Both the position numbers and the translations under genes were made by a program. This document shows positions 18,465-25,523 of a DNA stretch of 64,000 nt, in pieces. The notes beneath the pieces were generated by a model. It was given only the letters and a program-made list of their open reading frames with translations, made no database searches and was not told where the DNA came from. This stretch comes from Patescibacteria group bacterium. Lineage in GTDB: Bacteria > Patescibacteriota > Patescibacteriia > UBA9570 > JAHJKD01. The first letter of the stretch is position 1. Each line of letters begins with the position of its first letter. The DNA is taken from contig JAZDOC010000022.1 in the NCBI GenBank assembly GCA_043798935.1, positions 15,299 to 79,298 of the forward strand. The letters are read 5' to 3'.

Positions 18465-20060
18465 ATGATCAATCAAATGATCGGGTCGATGTCGTGCCTT
18501 CTCATGCTCATGATGAGCACGGGAGTGAAGGCAACGTGCGACGACGGAGCACACGCCTACATGGACGAGTTCGATGGCGTCGTGGCGTACTCCAATGGCG
18601 GATATACCGGCACTGGCTATGGTGATTGTCAGTGCGTTGAGTACATCAAGCGTTTCTACGGAACCGGCTCAGTCGGCAACGGGAACGTGGCATGTACCAA
18701 CCTCGCAAGCCTCTACGGCTTCAACTACTACAGCAACGGCGGCACCACACAGCCTCGAGTCGGTGATGTTCTGTGCTTCAGCTACGGCGCATACGGGCAC
18801 GTGGCCATCATCGATGAAGTGAACAGCAGCTCCGTGGAGATCATCGATCAGAATCGGAGCTCGAGCGACGCCACGCTGGATCTCAGCCTGGCAGTCTCAG
18901 GTGGTCGGTACACGATCGGCAACTTCGGAAGTAGTGCCGTTTATGTGGCGACTGGTTGGGCGCGGGATCCGAGCTACACCCCGCCTTCGACCTGCACCGA
19001 CCACACCTACGACGTGATCGCGGTGGAAGCGAGCGCGGACGGAAGCAGCTACGACTGGGTGAGCTTCTTCCTGCGCGACGATGATACCCTGCAGTCCTAC
19101 GGAACGGTGGCCTCGAATGTGGGCAACACCAGTGGCAACGTGGCCCTGCTCGTCGGCAACATCGACAGCAATTCCTACGACGAGATCGTGGAGGTACGCA
19201 CCAGTGGCAGCAGGACCTACCTGTACGTGTACCAGCCCACCGGCGACGGCGGGTTCGGCTCACGGACATTGTGGCGCACCGAGACCGGATTCGCGGCCGA
19301 GGAAGCGTTCCTGGCCGACACCAACAATGATGGCAAGGCCGATGTGATCCTGGGCAACGAACAGGCCGACTCCGAGAGCGACCACGACATGCAGTGGTAC
19401 AAGTACACGAGCACGGGTTCGTCCTTCAGCTCGTGTAGCAACTGGACCACTGACAACTCCGACGACTCGTTCGGGCAGAACGGCGATGTGTTCGCGATCG
19501 GCGACTTCAACTACAACGGCAAGGCCGAGATCCTGCGCGGTCGCGATGACTACAGCGGGTGCCCGAGCAATCTGGCGTGGTACTGGCTCCAGGCCGATGG
19601 CGACATCTATTCGCCGCACACCTGCTGGGGCTACATGGACAACCAGTTCCTGGTCGGCAACGTGGATACGGACAGCCACGACGAGATCGCGGAAGTGCGG
19701 AGCGCCCACGGCTACTCGGGCTCCACGGTTCCTACGTACTCGTGCGACCTGAACAGCTCCACCGGCGCCCTCACCAGCACCAAGCGCGCTAACGACAGCG
19801 GCGGCACGAGCGGCTGGTACTACATGTACGACGTCAACGAAGACGGCTACGATGACCTGATTCGCTGGAATGCGATGACCGTGACCGATGCTGGCGACGT
19901 GGTGTGGTTGTGCAACAACACGGGAGGCAATTGCTACCACAGCGTCACGCGCACGTTCATGGAGCAGACCTACGAGCAGACCATGGTGACCGGCATCTCG
20001 CAGGGCAGTGGCGACTACCTGCTCTGGGGCTACTTCGGCCAGCACACGGTGTGCGAGTAG
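18465..20060 (+). CDS. Secreted CHAP/NlpC-P60-like cysteine amidase-peptidase fused to FG-GAP/VCBS calcium-binding repeats
   Basis: N-terminal signal-like segment. Cys motif (YGDCQCVEYIKRFY) and His motif (GHVAIIDEV) typical of CHAP. At least five repeats with DxNxDGxxD/E-(I/L)x cores (DTNNDGKADVI, DFNYNGKAEIL, DVNEDGYDDLI, NIDSNSYDEIV, NVDTDSHDEIA). Confidence 0.65.
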   Translation: MINQMIGSMSCLLMLMMSTGVKATCDDGAHAYMDEFDGVVAYSNGGYTGTGYGDCQCVEYIKRFYGTGSVGNGNVACTNLASLYGFNYYSNGGTTQPRVGDVLCFSYGAYGHVAIIDEVNSSSVEIIDQNRSSSDATLDLSLAVSGGRYTIGNFGSSAVYVATGWARDPSYTPPSTCTDHTYDVIAVEASADGSSYDWVSFFLRDDDTLQSYGTVASNVGNTSGNVALLVGNIDSNSYDEIVEVRTSGSRTYLYVYQPTGDGGFGSRTLWRTETGFAAEEAFLADTNNDGKADVILGNEQADSESDHDMQWYKYTSTGSSFSSCSNWTTDNSDDSFGQNGDVFAIGDFNYNGKAEILRGRDDYSGCPSNLAWYWLQADGDIYSPHTCWGYMDNQFLVGNVDTDSHDEIAEVRSAHGYSGSTVPTYSCDLNSSTGALTSTKRANDSGGTSGWYYMYDVNEDGYDDLIRWNAMTVTDAGDVVWLCNNTGGNCYHSVTRTFMEQTYEQTMVTGISQGSGDYLLWGYFGQHTVCE

Positions 20061-20360
20061 ACGCATCACGGTACTAGCGCGCGACTAGTTTCAAACGGCG
20101 AGTAGGCGAAACGGCCAAAGCTCGCAAAGGTTCGATAGTTCTTTTTTATACGAAGGAGTTTGAGTAGGGAATTCACTTCTTCGTCGCGAGGGCGCTCGCC
20201 TAGCAGTTAAAGTTTCATGCTAAGTCCGTATGGATTTTTCAAAAAAACTTACACTGCTAGGCGGGCCACGATTCTTTAAAAAAGTTTATGTTTAATATAA
20301 ATATATTAAACATTTTTTGCATTATTAAGCTGACATTAATAATTAATTGGTTTATATAAT

Positions 20361-20465
20361 TGAATGTTTAGCCCACTGGCATAAAGCCAGGGGCTAAACT
20401 ATATATAATAACAAATAAAAAGCCCCGCCCTTTATGGGCGTGGGCTTTTTATTAAATATTTATCA
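20361..20465 (-). repeat. Family A composite repeat, copy 3 (reverse orientation), just 3' of the island gene
   Basis: Its reverse complement matches 5683..5795. Confidence 0.65.
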
Positions 20466-20600
20466 TTTACAGCCCGCGTTAGCCCTCGTCGGGAGACTCG
20501 GGTTCTTTGATTAATTTCAACCAAGAGGGCGAGTCTCTCCGGCCTCGCTGAGGCAAAGCCGAGAGCGGGCCTGACGAGCCCGATAAAAACCCACGCGCTA
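20466..20600. other. GC-rich structured segment of about 135 bp, with terminal gcccgc/gcgggc pairing and an internal gggagactcg/cgagtctctcc stem. It may be an ncRNA or an island remnant.
   Basis: Inverted repeats seen directly. The composition resembles the island but is separated from it by repeat A3. Confidence 0.3.
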
Positions 20601-20603
20601 TTC

Positions 20604-20712
20604 ATGTTTTGTAGAGACGTAGCATGGATATCCTGTAGAGACGCGGCGGAAAATTTGTATAGAGACGCGATACGGATATCCTGTAGAGACGCGCCATGGC
20701 GCGTCTCTACAT
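20604..20712 (+). repeat. Family B tandem array: four units of about 24 bp beginning tgtagagacg, ending in the perfect 30-bp palindrome
   Basis: Units start at 20610, 20634, about 20657 and 20683. The last equals the palindrome at 15679..15708. Confidence 0.55.
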
Positions 20713-20835
20713 TACATATTACACATAAAATCAGGCATTTTATAGACGGCGCAACATGTTTAGCGCCGTCTCTTGATATATTTGTCCACATGCCAATAGG
20801 CCATTTTTAATGCTAACAATAGCCAATTTCACGAA

Positions 20836-20861
20836 TGGAGCCGTCGCAAAAACCCTATTGA
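20836..20861 (+). promoter_or_regulatory. Family C motif 2 (gagccgtcgcaaaaaccctaTTGACG)
   Basis: A second copy of the motif found before ssb. Confidence 0.35.
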
Positions 20862-20955
20862 CGTTTTATATACATTGTTGTTAGTTTGTAGTAGAGAGTT
20901 TCAACGCCTCTCTCTTTCTTCCCTCCAATTGCAATTCATCTAAATGGACTGGCAA

Positions 20956-20983
20956 TTGACGGGAAATAAAAACAGCGTAAAAT
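20956..20983 (+). promoter_or_regulatory. Sigma-70-like promoter TTGACG-16-TAAAAT driving the leader of the downstream cassette
   Basis: Consensus-like hexamers with 16-nt spacing. Followed by a GGAGGG Shine-Dalgarno site and a micro-ORF. Confidence 0.4.
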
Positions 20984-21021
20984 ATAGTGCATCTTGCCCT
21001 AAGAATCGATTAGGAGGGTAA

Positions 21022-21048
21022 ATGAAAACTTATAAGACAGCAACATAG
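21022..21048 (+). CDS. Candidate 8-codon micro-ORF (MKTYKTAT) with a strong Shine-Dalgarno site, speculative
   Basis: aggagggtaaATG. It lies about 30 nt downstream of the predicted transcription start. Confidence 0.2.
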   Translation: MKTYKTAT

Positions 21049-21127
21049 GGAATTGTTGTCTGACAAATCTCTATTGTAATGAAGCCTGTTTTCCACTACT
21101 ATTTTACGCTGATTTTTATTCTAAAAA

Positions 21128-21316
21128 ATGTTAGAAACTATTATGAATATTTTAGAAGAATTATTTGAAAGATGGGGGTTTATCAGTTTATTTTTTGCTT
21201 TTTTGGTATTAATTAATCATGAATATAAAATTATTAGAACTGGTTATATGACCAGTTTTTTGTTTTATGAAGAAGCTGTGGCTAGGGTAAAAAGAGAGTA
21301 TCAAAAAACGATTTAA
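21128..21316 (+). CDS. Small single-TM protein (62 aa), hypothetical
   Basis: Open frame with a hydrophobic segment GFISLFFAFLVLI. Confidence 0.3.
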   Translation: MLETIMNILEELFERWGFISLFFAFLVLINHEYKIIRTGYMTSFLFYEEAVARVKREYQKTI

Positions 21317-21515
21317 ATATAACTTATCCACATCGAGATAAATTATTTTTTCTGAAATTGACAAAAAGGTGATACAATGTTCATGTATTTATTTGATTGG
21401 TATAAAAAAATAGCAATAATTTATATAAATATTAATTAATCAGAATTTTATTATTGTCAACTAATAAAATTTTATTAATGAAATATTTGTTAATTAATTT
21501 TTTGTCTAAACATTA

Positions 21516-22964
21516 ATGAAAAATAACAAAAATAAAATTAAAATTTTAATTTTTGGCGCTAGTGGTTTAGTTGGTAGCAGTGTTTTAAGAGAACTATTAC
21601 AAAGAGGCTATAAAAAAATAGCATTAGCGTACTTTGAAGATAAAAAATTAAGTGTTAACAGACTAAGAATAATTGAAAAAGAATATAGTGTTTGTTTAAA
21701 GAAATATGAAAAAAATGTATTTGTACAAAAAAATTTAAGCAATGACTCTTTTCAGAATATATTTTCTTCAATCAATAAGACAAAAAGTCTAGAGAGATAT
21801 ATAAAAAATAAAAAATTAAGCAAAGAAAGTTCAGTATTATTTGATATAATCAATGATTTTAAACCAACTTTTATAATTGATTGTATTAATACTGCCACTA
21901 TTTGTTCTTACATTAATAACAATGGAAAAAACGATAAAACAAGTTTAGGTTTATTTTTATTATTGAAATATTTTCAAAATTTAAATAATGTTTTTAAAAG
22001 AAATTTTGCCTCAAAAGATTTTCATGAAATTCAAAAATATATAAAAATTGGTACAACTGGCATTGGTGGCATGGGCTTAAATATGCCTTTTACACACGGA
22101 GAAGACAAGCCATCGATGTCTCTTTTAAAAAAGGTTGCGTTTGCTGGTGCTCAAACGAATATATTATTAGCTATGCGAAGAAACAATTATATAAAAATAA
22201 AAGAAATTATACCCTCAACAGCAATTTTTTCTAAAGAATTATTGATCTCTCAGAATGATAGAATTATGAAATATCAGAAATCATTAAAGATAAATAACAA
22301 AAATACGCATTTTGGTTTCGATGGCGGTGAAAGTGGTTTATATTCAGTTGAAGAATTTTCATTGTTATCTAATAAAGCCCAAATGGGTTTTATTGAAGTA
22401 ATGTTTTTAGCGAAAATTATTGCGGATGAATTATTTAAAGATAAACAGGATGCTCTGCTAGGCCTTGATAAATATTGTATTAAAAATCATCGTAACTCAT
22501 ATAAATTGCGGAAAAAAATGATAAATGATGCAAAACAAATTATGGCGCTTCATAATATTCAATGTGTAGCACACGGTAATTTAGGCCCATATATAATAAG
22601 GCGGATTCTTTTTGAGGCTACAATTTTTACAAAATATCTAACAAAAAACAGATTTATTTTTTTTAAATCTAATAATAAAGTAATGGCAATTGAAATTAAC
22701 AAAGATTTAATGAAAGATAGAACATTAGTTGATGAAATAAATTTTTCAGGTTTAAAATTTATAAAATATAATTATAAAAAAAATCAGAAATCAATAAAAA
22801 AAGATTCTTTATTGATTTATATTGATGAAAAAAAATGCAGACATTGGAAAACACATTTCTCTTTACTTGGTTTACAGAAAAAAAATGCTATAATACCAAC
22901 AATTAGTGAGCTTGTCTCTAATTTAATCATTTTCTACAATAATGATTTACAAAAATTTAGTTAA
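21516..22964 (+). CDS. NAD(P)-binding Rossmann-fold protein (482 aa) with a large uncharacterized C-terminal region
   Basis: N-terminal motif KILIFGASGLVGSSVLRELLQRG (GxxGxxG). Translationally coupled to the next gene by a 23-nt overlap. Confidence 0.5.
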   Translation: MKNNKNKIKILIFGASGLVGSSVLRELLQRGYKKIALAYFEDKKLSVNRLRIIEKEYSVCLKKYEKNVFVQKNLSNDSFQNIFSSINKTKSLERYIKNKKLSKESSVLFDIINDFKPTFIIDCINTATICSYINNNGKNDKTSLGLFLLLKYFQNLNNVFKRNFASKDFHEIQKYIKIGTTGIGGMGLNMPFTHGEDKPSMSLLKKVAFAGAQTNILLAMRRNNYIKIKEIIPSTAIFSKELLISQNDRIMKYQKSLKINNKNTHFGFDGGESGLYSVEEFSLLSNKAQMGFIEVMFLAKIIADELFKDKQDALLGLDKYCIKNHRNSYKLRKKMINDAKQIMALHNIQCVAHGNLGPYIIRRILFEATIFTKYLTKNRFIFFKSNNKVMAIEINKDLMKDRTLVDEINFSGLKFIKYNYKKNQKSIKKDSLLIYIDEKKCRHWKTHFSLLGLQKKNAIIPTISELVSNLIIFYNNDLQKFS

Positions 22965-24495
22965 TTCTTTTTTCCCAGCACCATATCCCGTTAAATCAAC
23001 GGCTGAACTTGAACAACTCTTTTTAGACTTTTCAGTCGAGGATTTTTTTAATTTCCTGAAAAATGTTGATATTGGGCTTATTAACGAAATTTCAAATCAG
23101 CGTGTGCTTGAGCTTTTTAACTTAGCAGCGCACCATGTTCCAGCATATAAGGATTTTCTAAAAAAAAATAATATTAATTCTAATGATATTAAGGATATAA
23201 ATGATTTTTCACTTGTTCCAATTATGGACAAGTCTAATTATTTGAATAAGTATTCTATTGAAGAGCTTTCATGGGATGGAAAATTAAATGGGCATAGCAT
23301 GCTATCAGTAAGTTCTGGAACATCCGGTAAGCCATATTATTGGCCCAGGAGTATATATTTAGAATATGAAACGGCAATTACACACGAGATTTTTTGCAAC
23401 ATGTTTTTTGACATTAAAAATAAAAAAACATTGGTAATAGTTGCATATGCAATGGGAATGTATGTTGCTGGAACATTTACATTAAATTCTTTTAGTAAAC
23501 TAGCAAAAAAAGGATATAAAATTTCAGTTGTTTCACCAGGCTTAGATGAAACTGAAGTTCTTCGAATAGCGGAAGATTTATATCAAGATTATGACCAAAT
23601 AATTTTAGCAGGCTATCCGCCATTTGTTAAAGATATTCTTGATTATGGTATTGCTAATAATATTTCATTAGACAAATATAATTTAAAATTTATTTTTGGT
23701 GCAGAAAATTTTAGTGAGGAATGGCGATCATATGTATTGAATTTAGCTGGTCATAAATCGTTATTTAAAATCCCGTATTATTCAATGAACACATACGGGT
23801 CAGCCGATTGTGCTATTTTGGGTCACGAAACACCATTTTCTATTAAATATCGCCGATTCATAAAATCACAAAACATGGAACGCATTGCCTTTAATTGTGA
23901 ACACATGCCAACGTTGGTTCAATTTAATCCATTTGTTAAATATTTTGAATTAGTTAATCAAAAGTTAATTTTTAGTGCTAATGGCGGCATCCCTCTTATA
24001 AGGTATAATATTAATGACTTAGGAAATATAGTTTCTCACAAAGAGTTATGCAACAAGCTCAAAATAAATTTTATTGATTCGGATTTTTCGTCGGAAAATA
24101 AATTTAATAAATTTCCATTTCTTTATTTATACGGTAGAGCAGGGAATACAGTTACAATATATGGAGTAAATATTTACTATGAAAATATTAAGATGGCTCT
24201 AGAAAATCAGCAAATAATTCATATTGTATCAGGGAAATTTTCATTAAAGACTACTGTAGATAAAGGATATAATCAATCTTTAGAAATTGATATTGAGTTG
24301 TCCACTAAAAAAGATGCTTCAAATAACGAAAAAGGATTAATTAGTACTATTATTCAGCACACTCTAGAACAAAATAATCTAGAGTATAAAAAATTAAAAT
24401 TAAAAATTGGCAGCAAAGCAATTCCAAAGATAAATTTTTATTTAAGAAATCATTTTAAACAAATTAAAAGTAAACATAAATGGATAGAAAATTGA
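22942..24495 (+). CDS. Adenylate-forming enzyme of the PaaK / coenzyme F390 synthetase / CapK family
   Basis: SSGTSGKPYYWPRS matches the PaaK-type SSGTTGKP AMP-binding loop. The approximately 500-aa size fits the family. Confidence 0.55.
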   Translation: MIYKNLVNSFFPAPYPVKSTAELEQLFLDFSVEDFFNFLKNVDIGLINEISNQRVLELFNLAAHHVPAYKDFLKKNNINSNDIKDINDFSLVPIMDKSNYLNKYSIEELSWDGKLNGHSMLSVSSGTSGKPYYWPRSIYLEYETAITHEIFCNMFFDIKNKKTLVIVAYAMGMYVAGTFTLNSFSKLAKKGYKISVVSPGLDETEVLRIAEDLYQDYDQIILAGYPPFVKDILDYGIANNISLDKYNLKFIFGAENFSEEWRSYVLNLAGHKSLFKIPYYSMNTYGSADCAILGHETPFSIKYRRFIKSQNMERIAFNCEHMPTLVQFNPFVKYFELVNQKLIFSANGGIPLIRYNINDLGNIVSHKELCNKLKINFIDSDFSSENKFNKFPFLYLYGRAGNTVTIYGVNIYYENIKMALENQQIIHIVSGKFSLKTTVDKGYNQSLEIDIELSTKKDASNNEKGLISTIIQHTLEQNNLEYKKLKLKIGSKAIPKINFYLRNHFKQIKSKHKWIEN

Positions 24496-25523
24496 AGGAA
24501 TATAGAATATTAAATTATAATCATGATCGCTCCTCGCTTGATGTACTATTTAATAATGGAGCTCAAGTTATTGATTTTTTCAACGAACAATTATCTGAAT
24601 TAAATAATATTCAATTACAAGTTGATCAAAATAATAGTTATAAAACAAGAAATTGTTCCAATTTAAAAAAAGAAGGTAATTGGGTTTGGTATCCATGGTT
24701 AAATTCTCTTGTGCATGTTCTTAAAGAAAGTGATTTTTTTGAAGTAAAAACTGCAAGGAACAAACTATTAATTAATAAAAATGAACAGTTAAATTTTTAT
24801 AACTACAAAATAGGAATAGCAGGTTTATCAGTTGGGAATAGCATTGCAACAACTATTAAGCTCCAGGGAGGTGCAAAAAAAATTAAAATAGCTGATCATG
24901 ATACATTATCTTTATCAAATACAAATCGAATAAAGGCAGGCATTAATAATTTAGGTTTAAAGAAGACTGAAATAACAAGACGTCAGATTTTAGAGATTGA
25001 CCCATATTCAGATATTTCAGTATATTCAGATGGAATAAATTTAAATAATGTTACCGATTTTATTAATGATATAGATTTAATTATTGATGAGGTTGATGAT
25101 TTTAAAATAAAAATTTTGTTAAGAGAACAGGCGAGAATAAAAAAAATTCCCTTGTTAATGATTACAGACAATGATGACGGTGCATTAATTGATTATTATC
25201 CATATAATTATATTGATAAAGTTCCATTGTTTTATAACATTGCCGACACTATTCTATACAATTTTTTAAAAAAAGAAACAATTACAAAACAAGAAATGGT
25301 GCAATTAAGTTCAGAAATAGTTGGTAAATCAAATATTTCAAAAAGAATGAATACCTCGTTACAATTAATAGGCAAAGAGCTTTATTCATGGCCTCAGCTT
25401 GGAACGGCCGCCACTTTTTCCGGAGTTATTGGTTGTTATATGGTAAGAATGCTTGCAAACGGTCAACAATTTAATTTTAATCGCAAATTAATTAGCATTA
25501 ATAATTTATTAGAATGTTATTAA
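24480..25523 (+). CDS. E1-like (ThiF/MoeB/MccB family) adenylyltransferase with an N-terminal extension of about 100 aa
   Basis: Rossmann motif KIGIAGLSVGNSIA, followed by KIKIADHDTLSLSNTNR (compare DxDxVExSNLNRQ) and DLIIDEVDDFKIKILLRE. Confidence 0.6.
   Translation: MDRKLKEYRILNYNHDRSSLDVLFNNGAQVIDFFNEQLSELNNIQLQVDQNNSYKTRNCSNLKKEGNWVWYPWLNSLVHVLKESDFFEVKTARNKLLINKNEQLNFYNYKIGIAGLSVGNSIATTIKLQGGAKKIKIADHDTLSLSNTNRIKAGINNLGLKKTEITRRQILEIDPYSDISVYSDGINLNNVTDFINDIDLIIDEVDDFKIKILLREQARIKKIPLLMITDNDDGALIDYYPYNYIDKVPLFYNIADTILYNFLKKETITKQEMVQLSSEIVGKSNISKRMNTSLQLIGKELYSWPQLGTAATFSGVIGCYMVRMLANGQQFNFNRKLISINNLLECY

Larger units (their letters stand above)
18388..20272 (+). other. High-GC (about 60%) genomic island in an AT-rich background, a probable horizontally acquired segment
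   Basis: There is an abrupt composition shift at both ends. The single gene inside uses GC3-rich codons and a strong Shine-Dalgarno site, unlike neighbouring genes. Confidence 0.7.

Noticed and set aside
18416-20069. Eight nested or antisense ORFs of 77-269 aa inside the GC-rich island (18416..18625, 18574..18822, 18883..19269-, 19081..19347, 19217..19510-, 19260..20069-, 19486..19752, 19559..19792)
   Set aside because: High-GC DNA leaves long open frames in every register. All of them lie wholly inside or antisense to the 531-aa CHAP/FG-GAP gene and are Arg/Pro/Ala-rich low-complexity translations with no start context.
20466-20600. A tRNA or tmRNA serving as an island attachment site
   Set aside because: No T-loop (GTTCRANYC) or 3' CCA, no cloverleaf proportions and no tag-peptide ORF were found. 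No tRNA-like sequence was seen in any other intergenic region of the window either.
20604-20712. Possible CRISPR array
   Set aside because: It has only four units of 23-25 bp. The units are degenerate and directly abutting with no spacers, and no cas genes are in the window.
20432-20810. ORFs 20432..20791 (-) and 20604..20810 (+) across the repeat-rich junction
   Set aside because: They translate repeat A3, the GC-rich remnant and the palindromic B array. The products are low-complexity with no start signals.
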